In this document: positions 48,601 to 58,200 of the stretch, piece by piece
How positions within the stretch are numbered: the first letter of the stretch is position 1
Layout: the number at the start of each line of letters is the position of its first letter
Assembly: GCA_964588795.1 (NCBI GenBank)
Contig: CAZPQN010000002.1
Span: forward strand, 48,477-112,476
DNA: 64,000 bases
DNA from: an uncultured bacterium
GTDB taxonomy: Bacteria; Fidelibacterota; UBA2242
Direction of reading: 5' to 3'
The notes under the pieces: model-generated
Databases searched by the model: none
What the model was told of the DNA's origin: nothing
Seen by the model: the letters and a program-made list of their open reading frames with translations, nothing else
Made by a program: the position numbers and the translations under genes

Positions 48601-50945
48601 GCATACAACACCGTATTGACGCCATTGCCAGCCAGCGCGAAGGCATCACCAATCCGTAAGGTTGGCGCCGCAATCTCGGCTGCGACGGTAGGTACGGCGG
48701 CTTCATTTTCCCAGCGATAGATTTTGAATGGCGCGGTAGCACCGGTACTCAGGTTACAGACATAAATCACGCCATCCGCTGTCACACGTGGAATATTAAT
48801 CAGGAAGGTTCCACCGGTTACGCCAGTCATATCCAGACGTCCGACGGTGTCGCCATTGGCCGCATTCAGAATCCAGACGAAGGCTCCACCGGTGCGACTG
48901 GCGACCAGCAGGTGATTAGTGGCGGGATTATACGCCATACCGCGCGTGTTGTGGTCATTCTTGAAGAACGGATAACTGGAAATGTCCTTTTCCCACAGGA
49001 AGCGGGATGTAGGCTGACTGACAACCTCAATATCGGCGGCAGAGCGTGGTTCAATCTTGTAGTTGCTGTAGGTGTAGTTGGTGACGCCCGTGATGTTGTA
49101 AACCCAGTTGAGTTTACCAACCGAAACGAAAAGCTGGTCGTCGACCCGGGTGACACCCGAAGCGTCGGTGATTTCCCACTCGCCACTGCCCAGCGACGGG
49201 TTCGTGCAGGTCACATTCATTATTTTGACCAAAACACCTTCGTATTTTTCCTGCTTGAGTTCATTGGCGGTGACCACCACAGGCTCCGGCAACGGACGAT
49301 TATGCTCAATCACAGTCGTGATCGCGCTGTCTATCTCGGTCAGGTTATAGTATTCGGCCATCCGACCTTCGACAACAACCGAATCGCCCACCAGGACACC
49401 AGGAGCAGTATTGGTATAAACATAGACTCCATTCCAGGCACCGGGCGCATCCTGCAGATAATAGGCATTCGAGGCGACACCGGTGACAATACCGGTCGTT
49501 TTTACCCGCTGACCTTTGAGGGGTGAATCGCCAGGCGTCTCGACGACCTTGCCCGTCGTATCCTGAATCGCCGCAATGAATGTGATATACCTGGGCGCTT
49601 CAAAGGTAATATTGACCTTGATCGTATCCGAAGCAATATTATTCACCGAGGTCAATTTGCCGGCATATGAATAAGCCCCGAGTAGATATGAACCCTCGAT
49701 ACGCAGAAATTCATCCGGTTGAGCAATAGCTTTTACCAATCCATCAACTAATGTCAAATTACCACCAGTATCAGCTTTGACGTAGAAGGTTGGCAGATTG
49801 CCATTGATGATTTTCCAGGCTTCGGCCTGCCAGGTTCCGGCAGCAGCACTGGCATCCACGCCCCGTCCGGCCCAGTATTCAAAGAAACCAGTCGGATAAG
49901 ACGTAATTGTGAACCCGTAGTATCCTTCTTTAATCTTTACATTCGTCGCGGTGGCCGCGCTGAAATTCATGTAATAGAAAGCGACGGATGGATCGAGCGT
50001 CATATTAAAACCGCTTGACAGAGTGCCAGGCAATACCGTCCAGGCGATTTTATCATCCGACTTGTCGATCGTACAGGTTGTAAAAGTAGGTTTAATAGTG
50101 ACGGTTGGATGTTCACCCAGATAATTGAAAGTATTTTGCGGATATACTTCCCATTCCGAATCAGTAGTGTTAGTTCCGGATGACAATCCCCAGTCAATAT
50201 TACCCGTCTTGACTGCGGTCTTGCGCACCAAGGTAAATTCAGAGGTTGCTCCGACTCCCCCGGCTACCGGCCAATTAGTTCCCGGATCTACAGTCGGAAC
50301 TCCAATGACGTCGATCAGAACATCATTGAAGAACAGTCCCATGGCATCATCACCGTTGAATGAAGCCACATTCGATCCGACGGCTCCATTGGCAGTATTA
50401 TTATAGGTCAGTACCAGATCTGCGACCGCTTTTATAGCCGCATTAGCCTGATCATTGGTTATGACATAAACATCACCGGCGGCTAATGTTCCAGTTAAGG
50501 GTAAGGCATACCGGGTATCGGCACCCGCAGAAGTACTACCCCAGCCGAAACCGTTATTGGCCTGTTTTACCGTGAATTGACTTAAATCTACGGGCGCATT
50601 AGTACCGTTGTAGATTTCGATTGCCTTGTTATTACTACTGCCTTCGATGTATTCGGAGAAAAAGACATCCGGAATTACAATCGGATTTTCGACATATAGG
50701 TTTTTACAGTTCTTACCAGAACCATCCAGAATGACATCATATCCATTCCGAATAGTGACATTATTGGTCGCGCTCGGGGCAGCAGTAGCGGTTGCCCAGC
50801 TGGTACCGTCGAATTTTTCCCAAGTTCCGACGGTAGACCAGTTGCCACCGTTGACTGCCGACCGGTAATCGCCTGATACCTGTGCCCACAGGGCAGAAGA
50901 CGCCAGCAGGCAGGTCAAAATTAAAAAGGTCAGTAACCGTTTCAT
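45642..50945 (-). CDS. Large modular T9SS type-A cargo protein (lamin-tail domain, OB folds, two DUF4623-like propellers)
   Basis: Signal peptide; FFSEYIEGSSNNKAIEIYN (LTD); EYYNLTEI and FYRGLTEI OB folds; two TRGMAY...TNNG units; HQNYPNPFNP...SGIYFY...KKMTILK tail. Confidence 0.85.
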   Translation of the reverse strand: MKRLLTFLILTCLLASSALWAQVSGDYRSAVNGGNWSTVGTWEKFDGTSWATATAAPSATNNVTIRNGYDVILDGSGKNCKNLYVENPIVIPDVFFSEYIEGSSNNKAIEIYNGTNAPVDLSQFTVKQANNGFGWGSTSAGADTRYALPLTGTLAAGDVYVITNDQANAAIKAVADLVLTYNNTANGAVGSNVASFNGDDAMGLFFNDVLIDVIGVPTVDPGTNWPVAGGVGATSEFTLVRKTAVKTGNIDWGLSSGTNTTDSEWEVYPQNTFNYLGEHPTVTIKPTFTTCTIDKSDDKIAWTVLPGTLSSGFNMTLDPSVAFYYMNFSAATATNVKIKEGYYGFTITSYPTGFFEYWAGRGVDASAAAGTWQAEAWKIINGNLPTFYVKADTGGNLTLVDGLVKAIAQPDEFLRIEGSYLLGAYSYAGKLTSVNNIASDTIKVNITFEAPRYITFIAAIQDTTGKVVETPGDSPLKGQRVKTTGIVTGVASNAYYLQDAPGAWNGVYVYTNTAPGVLVGDSVVVEGRMAEYYNLTEIDSAITTVIEHNRPLPEPVVVTANELKQEKYEGVLVKIMNVTCTNPSLGSGEWEITDASGVTRVDDQLFVSVGKLNWVYNITGVTNYTYSNYKIEPRSAADIEVVSQPTSRFLWEKDISSYPFFKNDHNTRGMAYNPATNHLLVASRTGGAFVWILNAANGDTVGRLDMTGVTGGTFLINIPRVTADGVIYVCNLSTGATAPFKIYRWENEAAVPTVAAEIAAPTLRIGDAFALAGNGVNTVLYASGSNSTQISVFNTVDGVAFTAGTPIPVATGLARGGIAPAEDGSFWVNGAGTATSHIDANGALIAAVDGGLIDGGWHNVGYLNYPFTKKMIAIVGKNNAFRGNQVQVWNISESETTPVLVDTVNLTSGYNANTNACGDLAFRKNVDGTITVFELITNNGIAAWNLTPPIHIPLLTIAEAKADGDGNFRPDLENKRVAVRGVITTTDFESLNPAFWNVFIQDTTGGLNIYSSKFKGPITIGDEIELHGILTFYRGLTEIIPDSLSHVKVLSHGNLVPPRKVKLADIGEETESILVQVDSIWFVQPTTWPAPANNANLQVTDGIDTVTFRIDKDSDVDDWADWPRGIFGVIAVGNQYTAKVPPNDGYQIQGIAKDLFYLYPEPFKPEPLVPFWAKTQATMNFPAYMSTGNYTRGMAYGKVEGNDRVYVVTRSGAHRIVVYDAMTGDSLKEIPAPPNPVGTFPVNAVDVSDDGRIYVCNMTLDASTTAFTVYQYLNENATPVPVISYTGLNKRFGDMFSVYGSAADNSLTIYAAAPSSDKIVKFSTADHGATFTPTEITLSRTMGSLPNVAPDADGSLWIKSAGKPLMHLGIDGTTLDTVSTEIVGTSSSKIKYFDDGVKKCLLVYYYNFATDAGMEKFHVIDVTEGPAKAKLVRFSHSIGNVANLNGTGSVDVMPIDEHTWVAFIMGTNNGLAAFTNAKDLLPPNVKVKFYGTTPNVLNNPYGAGYICGSNAYGDLGKYQRFDLNANNFNFLYGFMLQFGVMNIVDEPDTLDLVVKGIGAQGVPGELLFSIKVPTSQIDTALLGIHNVFRLPSPIPVPPHFFVGFEWPATANDQFAMLSDKNGEGDGQNRVWERFADGGYNDFGTVLNPSYSWGIDIDLWISAFYIQGPEVSIKSQTDVLPTRYALHQNYPNPFNPTTNILLALPEPADVKLVVYNMIGQEVATIHRGHLPAGNHVFNFSSANLASGIYFYKVQANNFTALKKMTILK

Positions 50946-51003
50946 AGTGACTCCTTTTCCTTTGATTGAAATTTTAATATGGGTTTTTGATTGAGGAAGC
51001 TTT

Positions 51004-51141
51004 GATGGCGAATTGGGTTATTTAGGATCATCCACAACCTAAATGATACCGGGATTAATCGTGGTAGCCGTAATTCGCAGACCGAATTCACTGACAGAGT
51101 GTATCCTGCTCATGACTAATCCCGTTATTCGTTTCACCATC
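51004..51141 (-). ncRNA. Candidate structured 5' UTR RNA
   Basis: Nested 9- and 11-bp helices with G-U pairs on the transcribed strand, plus hairpins. Confidence 0.55.
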
Positions 51142-51176
51142 TGCTTGATTTGTTTACTGAAATTACTTACGGTGCT

Positions 51177-51205
51177 ATTTTAATATGCCCTTTTTTTAAA
51201 TTCAA
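51177..51205 (-). promoter_or_regulatory. Putative sigma70 promoter for the 1767-aa gene
   Basis: TTGAAT-17 nt-TAAAAT. Confidence 0.65.
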
Positions 51206-51267
51206 GGAAAATTTTCCGCCAGCCTCAAAATAGTGGGTGCCAAGTCACAGTACTATGCAAAATCCTG

Positions 51268-51296
51268 TTGAAAACAAGGCTTGAGTTACTTACATT
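51268..51296 (+). promoter_or_regulatory. Putative sigma70 promoter for the rightward operon
   Basis: TTGAAA-17 nt-TACATT, ~30 nt before ATG with SD GAGGAG. Confidence 0.6.
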
Positions 51297-51327
51297 TGAG
51301 TAGTTAATTATATGAGGAGCAGTCACG

Positions 51328-52695
51328 ATGAAAAAGATTATTGCCTGTAGTAGTGTAATCTTCGGGCTTGTCGCAACTGTTGTTGGGCAAGCCGGTCCAT
51401 GGGTGTACAGGCCGGAAAGTGATATAACGTTCAGTTTAGCGGATTCACTCAGTAACCCTTTCCTGTGCGCTACTGACTCAACCGGAAATCTCTGGGTCCT
51501 TTCTTCGACCTCCACTTCTCTGCATGCGATCAATGCCCTGTACAAAGCCGCTCCCGGTGATACAGTATTCACGTTGATTGACGATTACACCGACGATGCA
51601 CCGGTGCATTCGGCCCGCGGCATTTGCGCTATAGGCAATGATATTTTCGTAGCAGTCCGCAAAACTACTACCGATATGACCGCCATGTTCAAATATCCGC
51701 ATGGAAATTTTTCCGAGCGTGTAGCTTATTCGCTGGATACCTATGTTTCCGGCTACGGAACGTATGTATACGGAATTAGTGGCACCAAGGATGGTTTTAT
51801 TTACGGTGGAATTGGATATCTGGGACCGCGAATTCGGCTGTACGATTTTACCGGATTAGCCAGTCCGGACGGAAAATATGTTGCTCCCGAATGCTCAGCG
51901 GTTGATCCCGGTGGTTCGTCACCAACTGGTCAGGATGTCATCCGCGACGTGGCTACCATACCAAATGCCGATTATTTCGCCACCGCGACACCCATCTATA
52001 CTTCACGGAATAGTCTGTCGGGCGGTAATACCGGTGGCGTAACCAAATGGACCGGTGGTACGCAGAACGCGCCAGCCGGTTACACCTGTGTAGCCATCGA
52101 AGACGCCGACAGCTACTTGAAATGGACCAGCAACGTCCCTAACGGTCTCACCTGTGATGCGCAGGGCAATCTCTGGGCTGTCGGGACTGACACGACCCGT
52201 CGCTGGGTCAAATGCTTCGCGATTGACGGTAACTGGGCAACGCAGATCGCCGAACTGCCCAGTGCGACCAGCGCGGATCTTCCCAATGTTTGGGGGGCAC
52301 CTTTTGTGACGCCCGAAGATATAGCGCTTAGTCCGGATGGTAACGTCGCCTATGTAATTGACTGCGGAGCCCGGCGTTGCTTTGCATTCCAGAAGGAAAC
52401 TGATGACGTGCGAGCGAGTAGCACGCCGAACTCAAAATTTCGCCTCTATCCGGCTTATCCCAATCCGTTCAATCCCGTCACTTCGCTAAAATTTGACCTT
52501 CCGGCGGCCGGGCAGGTCAAAGCCCAGCTTTTCGACCTCCACGGCAAGCTGGTCAGGACGCTGTATGCCGGTGAGCGACAGGCAGGGCTAAATGTATTGA
52601 CATTTAATGCCGCTGAACTACCGACCGGTACCTATCTCTTTCAAATTTCCACTGCGTGGGGCACCCAGTCCAATCGGATCACATTATTGAAATAA
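51328..52695 (+). CDS. Secreted beta-propeller-like protein with T9SS type-A CTD
   Basis: Signal peptide, NHL-like blades (D..GNLW, PEDIALSPDG), AYPNPFNP tail. Confidence 0.8.
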   Translation: MKKIIACSSVIFGLVATVVGQAGPWVYRPESDITFSLADSLSNPFLCATDSTGNLWVLSSTSTSLHAINALYKAAPGDTVFTLIDDYTDDAPVHSARGICAIGNDIFVAVRKTTTDMTAMFKYPHGNFSERVAYSLDTYVSGYGTYVYGISGTKDGFIYGGIGYLGPRIRLYDFTGLASPDGKYVAPECSAVDPGGSSPTGQDVIRDVATIPNADYFATATPIYTSRNSLSGGNTGGVTKWTGGTQNAPAGYTCVAIEDADSYLKWTSNVPNGLTCDAQGNLWAVGTDTTRRWVKCFAIDGNWATQIAELPSATSADLPNVWGAPFVTPEDIALSPDGNVAYVIDCGARRCFAFQKETDDVRASSTPNSKFRLYPAYPNPFNPVTSLKFDLPAAGQVKAQLFDLHGKLVRTLYAGERQAGLNVLTFNAAELPTGTYLFQISTAWGTQSNRITLLK

Positions 52696-52699
52696 TCCA

Positions 52700-55240
52700 A
52701 TGCGTTCGGTCGTAACCGCGTGGTATCTGTCGCTACGAATATCTTTATTATTCCTGTTAACTTTCAATTATAGCCAGTCCCAAATTTCTGAGTTACGCGG
52801 TGTCTGGCTGAGTCGGGACGTTGTCCGCCAGGGGCGCAATTCTATCCACGATGCATTTCTACACCTGAAGCAGGCTGGATTCAACGCGGTGTTTGTCAAC
52901 AATTGGTATCAGGGCTCGACAATTTATCCGAGTCAGGTGTTAGCTAGTTATGGTGGAGATGAGCAACTGGATGATTACGCAGGTTGGGATCCAGTCAGAG
53001 TTTGCGTTGAGGAAGGACACGCACTTGGTTTGGAAGTGCACCTGTGGTTCGAATACGGATTGATCGCCCATTTCAATTATGCTACGCCCAATCCCGATCC
53101 CGGACCGATTCTTACTCATCATCCCGAATGGCGGATGAAAAACCGATCGGGAAAAACCTATGCGACTGATAGTTTTAATAATCTGCAATTCTGGCTTGAT
53201 CCGGCGGATTCCACGGCTTGCGGCTTTATAACCGAGCTCTTTGCAGAGTGTGCCCGGCTTTATCCGGAGCTCGATGGCATCCAGACCGATCGCATCCGCT
53301 ACCCGGATACCAGCTATTCTTTTTCAGACGTCGCCCGGCTGAAGTATCAGCAGGAAACCGGGGGCACCGATCCACTGTTAATTGACAAATCACACAGCGA
53401 GTGGACGCAGTTCATCAGCTGGCGTGAACGCCAGACCAGCAACCTTGCCCACCAAATTTACCAAACTATTAAAAGTATTAATCCCCGTCTTTTGGTTTCC
53501 GCGGCTGTCGCTCCGCCCTATATGCTGGAAGGCGCACAGGACAAAATGCAGGATTGGCCGACCTGGTTCATGGAAAAATCGATAGACCTGCTGTGTCCGA
53601 TGCTGTATGGTCTGCACAATGATATGCCTTACTGGCTTGGCAGGTGTTTGGCGGCAGTTCCCTCATCCTTAAATTTCGCCGCGGGTGTGGCGATCGCAGA
53701 CCTTACCTCAACTCAACTGTCCAATGTCTATAATTCCATTCGCGACAGAGGTTTTGCCGGAAGTGTGGTCTGGTACTATGGCGACCTGAATGAATCGAAC
53801 CTTAGCACCTTCGAAAATGATCTTTTCATCCCGCCCGCTCCGACGCTAAATCAGCAGATCATCGTTGACGATTCTTACTCGGCCTATATCTCCGCCCGCA
53901 ATACATTCTCCGCTCCTGGTGGCTATAGAGACAGTTATCAGATTGCCACGTCCGACGATGCTTTTCTTCAATGGCGGATCCCGGTCTTCCTGACCGGCAA
54001 CTATCAGATCGCGACCTTTCTCCCGGTATCGGCGCCGCAACTGGATTCATTGATTTATATCATCAGCCTCAACGGCAATGCTGAGTCACCCAAATCCGTC
54101 GCTACTAATCAAATGACAGGTGCCTGGTTGACTTTAGGAAATTATCACCTGCAGTTCAGTGACGACCTGTCAATCCGGGTGATTCCCAACCATAATAATC
54201 AGTTAATCGCCGATGCCGTGCGACTTGAGCGGCTCAAGCCTCTGGCCATCGTCGAAGGTTTGACTCCTGATCAGACCACGCTGATGGTTAAATTCGACCG
54301 GAAATTGCGTGCTGAAAGCGCCGGCAATGCGGCGAACTACCGACTGTTTCCGGATGGAATAATAGAAAAAGCAACCCCGGACGCCGGCGATCCTCAGGTC
54401 GTCAGGTTAAAATGTTCCTCCCTCTCACCTGATAAAAACTACCGTCTTAAGGCCTGGGATTTGGTTGATCTTGCGGGGCTGGTCAGTGATACGGTTACTT
54501 TCGATTTCGAATATACTCCCGGATTGTCGGCAATAATTGATGATGAATCAACCCTGTTCGGCACGACCGGTAATTGGTCAATGAGTGCAGATGGTCAACC
54601 GCTCATCGGCACTGCATATCACCGCACCCCAGCCGGTGACGGTGCTAACCGGGTTTTTTGGCGTTATCCGGCACCGGCTTCCGGCTATTACATAGCCTAT
54701 GCCCTGTTTCCGGACTCTTCGATTTTCGTTGACGATGCCATGTATATCGTTAAGAACGGTGCGAATTTCGACACCGTTTTAGTCAACCAGCAGGCGCCCT
54801 GCGCGGCAGGAATCCCGCTCACAATTACCTACGCCGAAAAAGGCAGCAATTTAGTCGTGAAACTACACAATCAGTCCCGCAACCCAAGCGACCATTGGGT
54901 CGTAGCGGATGCGGTACGGTTCGAAAAAACTTTCATCCCTGCGACAGTCATTGATACGCCGCTTAACGACCAACCTGCCGACTTCAAACTTTTCGGCAAT
55001 TTTCCCAACCCTTTCAATACCGGCACGAATATTTTCTTCAACCTTGAGCAGTCCGGCACAATGCGCTTGGCTATTTTCGATTTATCCGGCCGCCAAATCA
55101 AAGCGGTGGTTAAAAATTATTCAAGCGGTGGAAAATACATCATACCGGTTGCTTTGAACAACCAACCAGCGGGCATTTACCTATATCGGATTTCCAATGG
55201 GACAAGGACACAGGCCGGTAAAATGCTGTTAATCAAGTGA
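52700..55240 (+). CDS. GHL10 (DUF187) glycoside hydrolase with two golvesin/Xly-CBD-like modules, Ig-like domain and T9SS CTD
   Basis: ELRGVW, LEVHLWFEYG, DGIQTDRIRYP, QDWPTW, PMLY; two 'IxDD...ADAVR' modules; NFPNPFN tail. Confidence 0.82.
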   Translation: MRSVVTAWYLSLRISLLFLLTFNYSQSQISELRGVWLSRDVVRQGRNSIHDAFLHLKQAGFNAVFVNNWYQGSTIYPSQVLASYGGDEQLDDYAGWDPVRVCVEEGHALGLEVHLWFEYGLIAHFNYATPNPDPGPILTHHPEWRMKNRSGKTYATDSFNNLQFWLDPADSTACGFITELFAECARLYPELDGIQTDRIRYPDTSYSFSDVARLKYQQETGGTDPLLIDKSHSEWTQFISWRERQTSNLAHQIYQTIKSINPRLLVSAAVAPPYMLEGAQDKMQDWPTWFMEKSIDLLCPMLYGLHNDMPYWLGRCLAAVPSSLNFAAGVAIADLTSTQLSNVYNSIRDRGFAGSVVWYYGDLNESNLSTFENDLFIPPAPTLNQQIIVDDSYSAYISARNTFSAPGGYRDSYQIATSDDAFLQWRIPVFLTGNYQIATFLPVSAPQLDSLIYIISLNGNAESPKSVATNQMTGAWLTLGNYHLQFSDDLSIRVIPNHNNQLIADAVRLERLKPLAIVEGLTPDQTTLMVKFDRKLRAESAGNAANYRLFPDGIIEKATPDAGDPQVVRLKCSSLSPDKNYRLKAWDLVDLAGLVSDTVTFDFEYTPGLSAIIDDESTLFGTTGNWSMSADGQPLIGTAYHRTPAGDGANRVFWRYPAPASGYYIAYALFPDSSIFVDDAMYIVKNGANFDTVLVNQQAPCAAGIPLTITYAEKGSNLVVKLHNQSRNPSDHWVVADAVRFEKTFIPATVIDTPLNDQPADFKLFGNFPNPFNTGTNIFFNLEQSGTMRLAIFDLSGRQIKAVVKNYSSGGKYIIPVALNNQPAGIYLYRISNGTRTQAGKMLLIK

Positions 55241-55250
55241 GGAATCATTC

Positions 55251-58200
55251 TTGACAGCTGGACGAAAAAAAATACGCCAGCAACCAGCACGTTTCTTTCC
55301 GCGGGTGGATCATATTTTCCGATGTATCACCGACCCGTTTTTACATCTGATCATCTTATTTGCCCTTCTGACATCCGAGCTCCTACCCCAAAACACAGGT
55401 AAAATCTCCGGGCGGGTTTTCGATGCGGCTGCGCAGAAGGCCTTGCCAGGTGCCAACGTCGTTATTCCCGAATTACAGACCGGAGCGGCGACGGATTTGA
55501 ATGGCCATTTTGCCATCATGCGGCTCTATCCCGGCAGTTATACGCTTAAAGTTACCTTTATCGGTTACTCGCCAATTACTATTACCGATGTAAGGGTCAG
55601 CATTGACAAAACGACCTTCCTCGAGATTCCAATGCAGATACAGGGCATCGCCACTCAGGAAGTGGTTGTCACAGCTAAAAAGCCCATTGTCGAAAAAGAC
55701 AAAACTTTCAGCTCCACCAACTTCGAAGCGGATGAAATCAGCGAAATACCGTCCGAGGGTTTGCGCGACATTCTCGACCTGAACGCCAGCCTGCAGCGCA
55801 ATGCGAATGGAACTTATTCCCTGCGCGGGGGTGGCAGTTTCGACATCAACTTCATGATTGACGGGGTGAGTCAGGAAAATTCCAACACCGGCGTTCCTGG
55901 TACAAATTACATGGGTGAGAAGTCGAATACGTCCTGGAAATATGACTTCAATCCATTGGGCGTCAAGCAGATGGAATTAATTTCCGGAGGATTCAGTGCC
56001 GAGTATGGCAACGCCCAATCCGGTGTCGTCAAAATCGTGACTAAGGAAGGTACCCCCGCATTTCACGGCGAGATGCGCATCGAATACCGCGGGCCGGGTC
56101 AGTATCACTTCGGTGATTATCTCTACGGGCGTAACAATTTCGAATGGCAACGCTGGGGACAACTGGAAAACTGGTTCACTGCGACGGCCTTTCAACTCCC
56201 GCAGAGTAGTCAAATCGGCACACCTTCCTATATAGACGGAATACCTGTCAATCTGTTCTATTTCTCCGACTCCCTTCATACCTACCTGCCTTATAGTCGT
56301 TCAATCAACGACTCACTCGCTGTCGCTTATTACAACCAGTGGCTGGCCTCCCACTCACCCGGCGGAAAAATCCTGTCGCAGGTTACCGATTACAACTGGA
56401 CTGTTAGTGGATCGGGTCAATTAAGTAGCGGTGATTCGGTGATGCTCTATCGCAAAAACTGGCTTTATTCACAGGTCAAGAATCCCACGAACAAGTTAGG
56501 AGTGTATGATTATCGCCAATTGTCCTTTGTGCGTTACCTGTTTGGTTTAGGCGGGCCGATCGGGCAACTGGAGGGTTGCACCTTCTTTCTATCGGGGGAA
56601 AAGCGCCGCAAGCCTACACGCCTGCCTACCTATGAAAAATACAACGACTATGAAAATATCAATCTGACGACTGTTTTGCGGGTAAGCTCGGCTCTGCGGG
56701 TACGGACAATGCTACAGTATCAGCACAGCCGCAATGGCGTTTTCTCGGGATCGGATGACATTCGCTGGGCTTCGCCGGTTGGCAGTGTTTCCTTCAACAC
56801 CGGAAAACAAAAATACCTGCTGATTTCTATTGCCCCGAAAGATGAATATGCCTGGATTCAATCGCTGATGCTGACTTACGTCTTTCGACCGGAAACTTTC
56901 TTAGAATGGACGATCTCGCATACCTACGAACAGTACGCGATGAATACCGAGCCACTTTCCACCACCTGGCAGGCGCCTCAGGGAGTGTGGGACGAAGGTT
57001 ATACACGCCTGGTCTGGGATCCTTCGGCCACGGCCTACAATCAGGATGTACGCACCGATATTTACGCGACAAAATTAGATTTCACCCACCAGTTCAGTCC
57101 TCAGAACCACCTCAAAGCCGGCCTGCAGGCCACCGGCTGGAAGATGCATTACAGTTCGGTATCCAGTGCGTATGCCAACGCGCTTATCTATAAATCCGGA
57201 TTTGCCGAATACTATAAAGCCAATCCAATCTATGCCGCCGGTTATGTGCAGGATAAAATGGAGTACAAAGGTCTGATTGCCAATCTCGGTCTCCGGTTGG
57301 AGGGATTCAACAACAACGCGGATGTCCCGGCTGACCCCTATGACGTCTTTTATCCGGGTACGATGGGACCAACGGACGTCGGCAGTCCGGAAACACAAAA
57401 ACCCCAAACCCATTGGGCACTCTCGCCGCGGGCCGGACTGTCATTCCCGATCGGTGAACGCACGGCGTTTCGTCTGCAATATGGTCATTTCTATGCCATG
57501 CCCATCTTTCGGCACACTTTATCGCGCTCTACCTGGCAGGGTTGGATCATGGTCGGTAACCCGAACCTGGATTTTCGAAAAACAATCAGTTATGAATTCG
57601 GACTTCAGCACAGCCTTTTCGGGACGCATCGCCTGGACGTAGTCGCCTATTATAATGACCGCACCAGTCAAACAATCAACATCCGCCGCCACTTTGATCA
57701 GGGAAGTTACGGTCGTAGCGTCACTGATCCTTACGCCGCGACCTATGTCAATACGGGTTACGGCGCCACCCGCGGCATTGAAATAGCCCTGGATCGAGTC
57801 GCCGTTTCCAATTGGCGCTACCGCTTCAAGTACGCTCTGTCCCGCACCTCGTCAGGGGCTTATGGTCCCTGGGAAATCTGGGAAAAAGATGACCCCAATA
57901 AACCCTTTGATATGCGTCCGTTCATTCTGCGCGCCAATGATAATATCACCTCCGAAGATAAAACGCACGCTTTCAGTGCCATAGTAACCTACTCCTGGGC
58001 CAAGAAAAGTGGACCGCATATCGGCAGTTTCTTCCCGCTGGCCAACTCCGCCCTTTCACTCAGCTACATGTTTCGCAGTGGCAGTCCGTTCACCTACGTC
58101 ACGAGCTACGATGAATTTTTCGATGTGGAAAATAACCGCCGTTACCCGCTCGAATATGAGACCGATTTGAGTTATCTGAAAAGTGTCAAGATGTTAGGTT

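Noticed and set aside
46965-49526. Several long plus-strand ORFs (276, 183, 204 aa)
   Set aside because: Antisense shadows of the 1767-aa gene
51225-51243. TGGCAC as a sigma54 promoter for the giant gene
   Set aside because: No TTGC at the -12 position; a good sigma70 promoter is present instead
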